DNA from: Ginglymostoma cirratum
Lineage: Eukaryota
Assembly (NCBI GenBank): GCA_024137785.1
Contig: JAHRHZ010000084.1
Location: 6,969,573-7,033,572, forward strand
DNA: 64,000 bases
Direction of reading: 5' to 3'
Positions within the stretch are counted from its first letter, which is position 1. Each line of letters opens with the position of its first letter. Shown here one piece after another: positions 14,001 to 25,200 of the stretch. Position numbers and translations under genes: made by a program. Under the pieces are notes generated by a model. The model had not been told where the DNA came from. It saw only the letters and a list, made by a program, of their open reading frames with translations, and did not search any database.

Positions 14001-14952
14001 ATTGCCTCCAATCCTATCTACTTCATTTCAATTGAATTTTATTATTTCCAATGATTCTAACTTCATTTTGGCAATTGTAGATGTTTACCTTCCCTTTCCT
14101 CATACAGACCGACCTAAGTTCGATTCGAAATGTTCTGCCTTACCCACCTTCTGTAAACATGCCACGTTGCTGTCTATATACCCATGAAACACTTAGCCTC
14201 TGAACGAACCATTATTGCAGAAGATAATCCCCATGTAAACCAACAAAATGCAACATGCAAATATAGAAGCACCAATACTTACCACTAACTTTTTTTTTCG
14301 TTCAAATAACACGAGACCCAACCTGGAAGCGTGGGATCCCACGCTTTTAGCTCAGTAGCCAGCAGAAACCTTGAACTAACTGAAAGATACACTAAAAAGC
14401 CTTCCTGGGCCTTTCTGAACCCTGACCCGCCCACTGATGTTTTTGAATTTTAAAAAATCCTCCAAAGGAGAAAGCAAAAATTGTTTTCCAAATGCCTGTC
14501 TGATGGAATCATTTCAGTACCACTTTGACCGCACCCCTCTCCAAATCAACAGAGCAGAACCACTATTAAAGACACTCTTAATAAGTCAGAGAGCTTTTAT
14601 ATGCGAACCAGGCACCTTGTGCCTTTGCAAGCTATTTGAATCACTTGGAACAGAAAAATGGGATGCAATTTTGGGTGCAGCACAAGCACCAGCCAAATAG
14701 TTTGTGTTTATCAAAGATTGCTGAAAGCTTTTCGCAGTTCTCCCTCAGTGCATTACATTCATATTTGGTTTATCTATGTTTGTCTTTATGTGTGTGAGGG
14801 AGAGTTTATGAAGACATTTCGCTCTGGCTCCTTCGTGCTTTGGAAACTTCATCCTCACTTGGAAATAAATATCAGCTAGATATCTATATACTGGTGGTGC
14901 ACTTATGAGAGGTTTGCACTCCCTGTCTTGTCGTTCTTAACGGGAGACTGTC
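8085..14952 (-). mobile_element. Decayed Ty3/Gypsy LTR retrotransposon, Gmr1-like (gag/SCAN-like - protease - integrase; no RT recognisable)
   Basis: Minus ORF 11499-11726 YHPEFQGDLERWHKTLKTML..WNKGIPFLPFA (integrase core end); 11860-12105 CQIVGKP..RILIDCLGTL (integrase Zn finger/core start); 13717-13926 gag-like DLFKYAQALSTFD..IEAFF. Integrase directly follows the protease region. The 8085-8370 end resembles the solo-LTR-like stretch at 18190-18400. Boundaries approximate. Confidence 0.7.
11171..11474 (+). repeat. 304-bp inverted duplicate of 12919-13222
   Basis: aaatgattatgag...gaataagggtttag is the reverse complement of ctaaacccttattc...ctcataatcattt; only one mismatch seen (cactgtg vs cattgtg). 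Confidence 0.95.
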
Positions 14953-16257
14953 ATTTATTTATTCCCAGCTTGCATAGTCTAACTTGCAGTTGGCTTCTTC
15001 AAAATGCCTGTTCTGCACCTACCTCTCAGGAAGACACATCAACTGCAGTGACGGCAGCTGCTATTCAAGTGCAGAAACTGCAATGACTGAGCTTCTCTCG
15101 TCAGTGTTCTAGTGCTGTGAAGCATTTAAGGAATGAATTGTGTATGGGGAATTTAATCAAGTTGACTGTCCTGAAACATGTGTACAGATGAATGATAAAA
15201 AGGTAGTACATCAGGATTGTATGAATCATGATTGGATCAATGCATTAAGAAGTCAGACTTATACTTTCCCTTCAAAAGGGTAGTAAGTGGGTAAGGTACA
15301 ATAACGCATGTGAAATGAACTATCTGTTGATGTCAATATTGAGTCATGCTATAATTAGACCGAAACATGTGATACTATTTCTACTGTTGCTATACACCAC
15401 AAAGTCGGCTTGCAGCATTTGACAGGATTATTAGCAGTTACATTTAGGACTACGTGCTGCAGACCCACATCTGTTTCCGACTTAAAATAAAAAAAAACCA
15501 TTTGACAAAGTACTGACCTTGTAATAACGGGAAGCATAGTAACATTCCATATTATACGTTTATATGATTTCCTGGTGTCACAATGGCAGTTTTCTTTTAT
15601 GATGAAAGACAACTAAGGGATAATTTCAGTGAGTCAGTATATGAGTTCATAGAATTGAGGTACATGTGTCTTATCAATTGTGCACCTAGATTGAATGTCG
15701 GAAGGAGGTAAGCAAGACATAAGTCAATACATGGGTTTTACAGTATCAATTACCAAAGAAATTATAAAATGTTGGTTTGTAAGTGAACACTTTTTTTCTT
15801 GGCGTGCTGCGTACCAATCACTTGATAGAGGAGGAAAACATAAATATTATTGCAGTCAAAAAGAAGAGACGTGTGAATGAATAAATAAATAAGGCAGACT
15901 TATCTCTAATATATGCCAAGTAAGCTAATTTTATTTTCTGAAAGATAGCGAACAAAAAACACGAGTCAACTAATTGAGTATTCCACGATATATACAGACT
16001 ATACTCTGGAATCTCTCACTGGAATTATTTATCATTTTGGCAGGATATTTTTTCAAGGCACAAAAATACTTAGAGTGATATTTCAAAGGAATGCAGATTG
16101 CTAACTGAATGATTCTTCTTTGTGAAATATATTTGTAACTTCTCGATTTGTTGCATGTGGGCATATTCTGTTCATTTCAATTTTGTTGTCAGTTTCCCCA
16201 TAGTCCATGTCTTTTCTATGAGCATGCAAATTTAAGCATCGCATAGGTCATCTTGTC

Positions 16258-16278
16258 TCAGCCTGTTGCTTGTTGAAT
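16258..16278 (-). CDS. Gene A exon 7 (terminal): IQQATG*; tyrosine-motif remnants continue after the stop
   Basis: Acceptor attaatcttgcag|ATT; in-frame DKMTYAMLKF follows the TGA; candidate AATAAA (minus strand) at 15930-15935. Confidence 0.6.
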   Translation of the reverse strand: MQQATG

Positions 16279-19200
16279 CTGCAAGATTAATATTTCGAAT
16301 TGATGTTAATGACCCGTTGTCCAAGACTTGGTGACTATGTTCAGTCATTAAAAAAAAGGATCAAGAAGCAAGAGTAAAGTGGACATAGTCCCTGAAGACT
16401 GCTCTCTCATGAGAGGGAGGGGCAACTGATAGTGGTTTAACCTGAGGGTTACCAATTCTCAGGAACGTTCAAGATGGTGAGAATTGCATAGTCACTTCAG
16501 CCATTGCAATGTTGGTATCCTCAGCATTGCAAACAGGCTGCCCAGCCAACTGAGCTAAGGAACCCCTGACTTAGGTGCAACACAAAGCGGAACCCATGCT
16601 TATCGTTTTTGCATGATTGTTAATCACAACTGTGATTTTTTTTTTCTGATCTGTTTATCAAGCTTACCCGACCATACACGGTTCTCTCATCGTCATGACT
16701 ACTAGTTGGACTTTTTCTGGGTTTGTTCACTTCTACTGCAGAATAATGCACGTCCTCAGCCAATTCTCTCTGAATGGACCAGAAAGGCATAAAATGCTTA
16801 GCTTTATGGCAACTTTGTTGGCATCAGCAACTTACGCACTGCTGAACAAACATGGGACAGATTAAGTTCAACTGGAAATGAATTGCACAAGCTTGAATTC
16901 ATTCGACTAACATAAAGTAAAATGTTAACACAATATGGACACTAGAACTAAAATTTAAACTTGCTCCCTTCTATTTAACAGCAATATTATTAAAAACATG
17001 TGTTTCAATGGAAACTTTTGGCACATGGAAAGATACAATTGATGTTTAAAGATTCTTATCTATGCTCTATTCGCAAAGAAAAAGGCAATTTACTTATTAG
17101 TTATACAGCATTGTTTTCTTTTAATTCAACGCACTGTTTCATAAGAGCACGTCTAACCATCGCTTTTAATGACATATTTTGGTTGGATAAGTGTTTTCAG
17201 TAATTAGAGTTAACGGGATTTTGACATGATTATGAAATAAAATTTCATGACATTAAATTTTAGTTACATTTTGAATAAGTCAGAATGAGCATGTTAACAT
17301 ACCGACACTTCACGGCGGTTTGATCCAGTTAAATAATCTTCTTTATCTATAAATTAATAAGGTTTAGTGTTGTTTAAGGGTTTCCTTATCAACTCAGTTT
17401 ATACACCATTGAATGCAAAGCTAATTGTCAGTCAGAAAAAAGCAAAGAGAAAGAGTCTCAAGTTCCACATTGTGCTGGTAGCATTTGAATTGCCAGCCCT
17501 TGGCGAGAAAACAGTGTATGGTGAGGGAATTTTGTTTCCCGCTTAGATGCTGGGCGCTTCAAACAGTATGGGGAATTTCAGCTGTGGAGATGATTCTGAC
17601 CTCCTGTGCCCGGAAATCAGGCTTAAGAGTCTATTCGGCCATCTATACAGTTGTTACACCGTCGGGATTTTTTACTCTTCAATTAATACTTGTTTGTTCT
17701 TCTACACAAAATGTGTGATCATATGTTCGTTTGCCAAGGTACATTTCATTCATCATGCTGAAAATGGGCATTAATAAAAACTGCTTTTTTGTACAGGAAG
17801 TTGCGCACTCTTGCAATATAGATTCATTTTAAAACAATTGAGACCTAATGGAAGCAAAAGTAATGTGATTTTCAATATTAAATACTATTCGAGGTTTCCC
17901 TCCCCGGTGTTCGAAAGAGAGGCTCTCCTAAATCTTATTCTTAAATCTTTGAATAAACTCAAGGTTTTGCAAGACTTACATTCGTTATTCTGCAGTCGAC
18001 CTCTCCTGCTAATGGCGATTATTGGTACCAAAAAAATCATTCCAATCACCACACATCCAGGCAGCCAGAAATAAAGTGAATTAACGACATTGTCTATAGA
18101 AGTAAGATGAACATTAATCATAGTGGACTTTAGCAAAACTTAGTATCCAAGATTTATTGTTTTAACTAAGATGCTAACTTTAATAAATCTAATTTGGACC
18201 AGACCAAAAGCCCTCAAAATTTTGTGAAGATATTCAAGACCATAACTTAGTCTTATTTAAAGATAAATGTAAGGTGTTGTGTTCCAGATGCAACTCGATT
18301 GGTCAAACTATTGGATTTCAAGCAAAATACACTTTATTCATTGACTATAGTTAAAATACAACAAAAGAAGGGAGGAAATTAAATAACTTACCTCCATTGG
18401 GAAACTCAACAGAACAATAGATGCACAAACTATTGTTCTTTTACTGTTACAATGTAGCAACATTCCATAAACACACTCATGGCAAAAGACAAAATCAGAA
18501 AATTGATGAAATTCCCACAGCCGGAATTAACCCATAACTTTTGCCTGCAGCCAAGAGGGAAAAAAAAACAAAGCTTCCACTTCTTCAAGACTTCAACAGT
18601 AGCTGCTGAAAGATAAAACTAAAACTGCTTGTTCTGTGTGAGCTTGACCACGCCCATTCAGGCTGCTTTTATTTTTCCAACTTGCACTGGCCTGAGAAAC
18701 TGTTTAAAATCTCTCTGAATAAAAGGCAGGATAAATCTTTTAAAGCTACAACATCGTCACAACTCAACGTTATGAAAGCCATAACAAGTGTGTCTATAAA
18801 CATTTTTGATATGATATTTGAACAACCTCTTCACTTCTCTTGAATATTTTAGATTAATCTGTGCAGTGGAAATTAAGCATTTTCAAATACTATTGTAGAA
18901 ACCTGAAATGAAAAACCATCCTATGATAATAAGGCATGTCCTTATTCTGAACTTGTTTGCCTGTTAGCATATTTGGCGCCATTTTCACAATAATTTGTGC
19001 ACTGCTTCTATAGCATTCTAGATTTCAGGAGACATATTGCTAGAGAATCTCTGCAAATCTAATCGCATCCGTGAGTAGAAAACACCATGAACGATTTGAC
19101 ACCAGTGGTCCTTGTTCTGAACTATGTTATCCCTTTTTTCCTCCACATATACTGCCAGATCTGCTGAGTTTCTCCAGCAACTACTGATTTTTTTTGTTTT

Positions 19201-22200
19201 CAGACCTCCCGTATCCGCATTTCTTTGTTACGTTTTGCCCTGGATTTCCGGAATTGGTTAAAAATGCCCTTTCAGTTATCTGTGGTTATTATTTGTGCTT
19301 ACCACTGAATAGTAAATAGGACCAATGGGTATTCAGCTCATTTAGGTTGTATCTGTGGCGGTAAAGATTTATCAATAGGATGAGGTACAGTGCAAACTGC
19401 ACTGTAGTCAGCCTGATGGTATATATTTTCATAATATTGTGAAAGACAGCTGACTCAGATACTCTGTAAATGGGTGAAGGGCGAATTTGGCCAGTCGACC
19501 AATTTCAGCACTCTAAATTAGAAGCAGCTGAAAGTAGATTACATGAGCAAAGGCTGTGATGTAGCATAGTATTGTCATCGGAGATAATGGTTTAAGATGG
19601 GGGTAAAAAGGAGAGCAACTGACATGTCAACGTGCCTCATGTCAGTGGCAATGAACAATATTTCATTAACAGAGAAATAGGTTGCCATGGTGAATGAGCA
19701 GTTAGCAATGCTGTTGCACAGCACCAGGGACCCGGCTTCAATTTCAGACTCAGGCAACTGCCTGTATGGAACTTTCGTATTTTTCCCCGTGTCTGCGTGG
19801 GTTTCCTTCAGTGACCTCCTACAGTGCAAAAAGTGTGGGTTAGGTCTATTGTCTGTGCTAAATCACCAATAGTTTCCAGGGATACATAGATTAGGTGGAT
19901 TAGTCACGGGGGCTACAAAGAGAGGGTAGGGGATTAGTCTGGGTGTGTTGCTCTTCAGAGAATTAGCGGGGACTTGTTGGGCTAAATGGCCTGTTTCCAC
20001 ACTGTAGGTATTCTGAGGAAGAAACTAATTTTTTTTCACTAGAAACACAAGAGTACATATGTTGGGATATAAAAATGTAACTACTGATTTAATTGGATGT
20101 ACAGAATGTCAATATTGGAAACAATATGAGTTATCTGGGAGAATTTAATTGACAAGTAATGTAACTTAGATCTAAACATGCCATAATCAGTTTTGTAAAT
20201 ATCAACATATGAATTTAATGTTTTCTCATATATTTCCCATGGCGTGTCATTATACTAATGTCTTGAGCATTAATCTGTACTAAAGTTACAAATAGCATTT
20301 TACTGAAAGAGACAGTGACTGCTTTTTCTATTGGCCTCAGAAACTCATACCTTCGTTGAATTTAGTAACAGTATAGGTGACAACAGCTGGGATCTTGAGA
20401 GACATGTGAGATACCATACAGGTATAGTTGTCTTCCGTTTGTTTCACGTCAGATAAAATGCTGGAAACCTTATATAGTCCATCAGTGCTCTTCTCTATGG
20501 TGTTGTGTGCTTCTAATCCAGTTTCAGCGCCATTTTTATACCAAGTTAGGCTGAAGTTCTGTGGAAAAAATGGTGCTGTTTCACACACAAGATTCAAAGA
20601 CACAGTTGAATTTCCTTCAGATGGCCTGGAGACAATCTTAAGTGGGGTTGGTGGAACTGCAAAATAAATAATAAATGAATCAAGTTGAGTCATTGGACAC
20701 ATTTGGAACAAATTTAATTCGTACTTACTTTACAGTGTTGCTGAAGAAACTGATTACCTTTCCTTTAAATGTTAATGAGGCCATCTGCACCTATCTCACA
20801 GACACCGAAATCTGGACAGTGTACCCGAACTATCAAACCTACTCATTGAGTTACTCAGAAGACAGAAACACAGAATTATTACAAGGTAAAATATAGGCGA
20901 TGCCGACCACTGCACCTATTGGTCAAATGAACATTTCACTCAATGAGAGACACCTGTCTTCGGCTGTAATCATGCACATAGTCCTTTACAGAAAATAGCC
21001 TTTTGAATGATTGTGTTCGTGTCCACATAGATGTCAACGACATGGAAGGAGTAAAGAAAACTTCTGCTGAGGGAAGTTGAGCAGCAAGAATTGCATTAAG
21101 AAGCCCCATTAACAAGAAGTTAAAAAGCATAACGTTCCGTATGCTATCTGTATCACGAATGATTTGTCCTACGTTAAATTTGATGAGAACATGATATAAA
21201 GGTCGCAAAAATTGGTGTATTAGACATAGTTTTGATTCATAAGACACTGTCACTAGAAATGATGGAAGTGGAGGAGTGATACTGGGGGCAGTCTTCTTCT
21301 GAATCATGCCAGTGTCTGTGTTCTGGCGAGTTGCATCTGTAGATCAGTACAGCAAGATTGCAAATAAATGGTGCTGCTGGGAAATCTTAGGGAAAAAATC
21401 TTGACAATAGAACACAATGCAAGAGAACATCGGAGCATGAAAGGGTATAATGATCAGACAGCGGCAGGAAGGCACAGCTTCTGCAAAACTAAATGCGCAT
21501 TTGAGTCTGTCGGTTAGGCCACAGGTTTCAAAAATAGAAAAAGGACAGATCGAAAGGTTCTGTACCTGAATGCTATTAACGTTTGGTCAAAAACAGACAC
21601 GCTGAATATGCAAATATAAATAAATATGCCTGACTTGATAGTCATTTTAGAGACCTGCTTGCAAGATGATGATGTCTTAGATCTGAATATCCAAGAGTGC
21701 AAGTTTTTGTGGAAATGATGGAAGTGTAGTTTTTTTTATTAAAAGATAGCAATAGTACTGTGAGGACGGATCACATTGTTTGGACTCTCAAGATGTAGAA
21801 TTAATTTGAATGTAGATGAGAAGTTGAAAGGAAATGTCTTGTAGGGAGACCCACTGTCAGCGATCATACTGCAGGTCGTGGTGTATGTAAATATGGTAAT
21901 AGAGGCTTGACTTAAAGATACTCCAATAATCTGGATTTATGTGGACTTGCATATAGATTGGGTGAATAAAGTTTGCAGAGATAGCCTATAAATTAGTTAA
22001 TTGAGTACTTATAACGATAGTCCTTCGAACAATATGTTCTGGAGCCAATCAGGTAGCGTGCTACTTGGCATAAGATGATGGTCAATTGAGTAGAATTGAT
22101 CAATTAAATCATAGAGAGGGCATTCCCCAGTAGCAAGAATCATAATATAATTGAATCTAATATTAATTTTGGAGGAAAAAATACAACTTTTAGATTGTGT

Positions 22201-25200
22201 TTCAAACTTCAATAAGTTCAATTATGAGGCATTAATCTTTAAAAAAAAGTTTGAATGAATACTACAAACAATATATCATTCAAGGATATGGGACAAATGG
22301 AGGAACTTGGGATTCACAAACTTCAAGTGTGTCAGTTCGGTTGATAATTAGACTCGATGGGCTGAAGGAAATTTTTTGTTCAATATGAATCTATGTGTCC
22401 ACGATGACAGATATTGCTAATGTGGAGAGAAAAATTGTGTTACAAGACATATCAATGAAGTTACAATGACTGAAGGAGTACATTCCAGTAGGAACTATTG
22501 TCTCCAGTGGAGAGAAGGACAGTCCATAATTAACTAAGGAAACTAATCATGGTATAAACGTGGAAGCAAAAGACCATCATTTCACAAAGACGAGTGACAA
22601 GTCAGGGGGTTGGTCAGAAAAAAATAACAGCTAAGAATAACTAAAATATTCCTGAGGAATATTTGATAGCAAGACTTTTTTACAGGTGTTTAATAAAGGA
22701 TAGGGACAAGGTAAACCTTGGTCCTTAAAGCAGTAAGTCTATGAAATTAATAATGAATCAAACTGAACTGGTCGATGATTCAAGTGCATATTTTGTGTTA
22801 TCTTCCCTGTAGAGGAGACAATTAAAACCTCAGAGCTGATTATGAATGAGGTGGTGATATTCGTGGTGAAACCTAAAGCAGTTACATTCACTCAAGGAAG
22901 TGTATGGAGAAAATTGATAGATCTAAATCCTAATAATTCCACGTGTTCTAAACAAACACATCCTTAAAAAGTGGGTATTGAAATAATAGAGGCGTATGGT
23001 CTTGAATTCTAAAATTTGCTGGAGTCCAGGATAGCCCACCAAATTGTAGAATTGCGAATGAAATTTGTTCATTCAAGAAAATTATGAGAAAGAAAGCAGG
23101 AACCTGTTGTCAGTTAGCTTCAAATCCATCTCTGGGAAAACAGTGGATTTTTTATGGAGTATGTACCAAAACATTTATAAAATTCCTGTGCCATCAGGCA
23201 GAGTCAGTAAGTTTATTTTTAAAGGACATCCTGTTTGACTAATTTAATATAATTTTATGAAGAAATAGCAAGCAAAGTGAATAATGGAGTATCTGTGGAT
23301 GTACTGTACTTAGTTTTCCACAATGCATTCAACCAGGTATCAAGAAAAGGATAGTGTGCAAGGTAAAATTCTGTTGCAGGGAATAATAACAAGTTGAAAA
23401 ATGAATTCTGTAGATAACAGGGACGGGACAGAAAGGCAGAAATGAGCCATTTTCATGCTTTCAACCTGTAATGAATTTAGTATCACAGGAATCAGAATTC
23501 TGGACAAAAAAAATGCATATGCTATATAGATGATTCGTGTGCAGAAAACTAACACCTAATTTTAAAATTTGTTGTTTGATACAAGGATATGTGCAAGATA
23601 AAAAAAAAGGTAAAATATAAATGGTAAAAAAAATTCTAGGAAGTGATAATTTAATTCAATGGGCAAAGCATTGCAAATCGAGAGCAAGGTAGCAAAAATA
23701 TGAGCTTGCACACTTTTGTAGAAAGGATGTCTGAAATGAAATTGGATTTATAAGGAAGATATTGCAGATTTCCCAAGTACACAGTGATATAGCTGGCCTG
23801 ATACATGAATCAGACAGATTTAGTATGACACAGTGATGGCCTGTTTCCGCGCTGCAAATTTCTATGACTCTACAAGAAAAACAAATGGAATATTGTCGTT
23901 TATTGCAAGGGGAAAATAATATAAAAGCAGAAATGCTCTGTTGCATTTGTACAGAACTTTGATAAGATTCCATCTAAAGCACATAATTTTGGTTTTATTA
24001 TCTATGAAGGGACAGAAGGTTTAAAGACAAATTATGAAAGGCATTCTATTGTTACAGGAAATGAGGATTTTTTCTGAGTAAAGTTAGGGCATGCTGGGCC
24101 TGGATCCATTTCAGACATATAAGGTCCTGCGAGGATTTGACAAGATGGATGCAAAAACGATGCTCCATCTTGTGCGAGAGACTAAAACTAGAAGGCAACG
24201 TTTAAATGACTGTGACGTTTGCATTATAATGGAGTGAAAGGGGATTATATTGTCTCAGAGAATCATGAGTTTTTGACACTGCATTCCCCAACGATACACG
24301 AAGATTTCTAAATATTTTAAAGTTAAAGGTAAATATATTCCTGACTAACAAACAAGTAAAATTGATTTGAGTAGGTGGGAATGTGCAATTGACGCCTGCA
24401 TTAGATCTGTTCCGATTATACTGAATATCAGAAGGGGCTCAACGGGCCAAATGACCTTTTGTCCATCCGAATTTGCATGTTCTTTTGAACTTGTCTCCAC
24501 TAAAATGCCAGATAATGCATTCCAGAACTGAAATACGCATTGCACTTACACGTTTCTATCATATAACTTTTAGTTATTTTGTTAATTACAAATCTGATTG
24601 TCTTGAATTCGATGTCTCGACAAATGAGAAACGTTTCTCCCTAGCATTTTGCCTAGAGATCTGCAGATTTTGAAAACCTTTATCAAATCTCATCTGAGTA
24701 TTTTTTTCCATAAAGTCTTCAACCTATCTTTGTACTTGATATCTGCAGTCATGGAACCATTCTCAGGAATCCTTCCTGCACTTTCCCAAAAATGCTCACA
24801 TCCTTCCAAAAGCACGGTACCTAAAACTAGGCACAATACTATTTATTTTCTATCTTCTCTTTATGTTCTATCTTTCAAAATGAATGATTTTATGATTCTT
24901 TGCACTGACCTCCATCTGCCATTGGCCTGTCACTCCCTGTTTTTGATGGAGTAACTAACAATTTTGTCTAAAATTAATGATTTAGAAGTCACCCACCATC
25001 AATTTTAAATTGACTGATTTGCAGTTATCCTATTTTCAGACATTATTTGGGGAAGAATATAATGTTTAAAACTGTCCAGTTCTTAGTCACCAATCGAGTG
25101 TAAGGAAGATGTATAAATTATTGCCAGCGAATACACAACTTTTACTCTCATATCACTAGTAGCCTTGGATGCATGTCAATCTGTCCTTGTGTATTTTAAC

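Noticed and set aside
16836-16871. 36-nt candidate cytoplasmic exon of gene A
   Set aside because: It is phase 1-1 and would need a 66-nt intron and put the ITIM exon out of frame; 17303-17346 fits better. A minor isoform cannot be excluded.
17485-17718. Plus ORF with ITIM-like AIYTVV
   Set aside because: Antisense within a gene A intron, with no supporting plus-strand exons.
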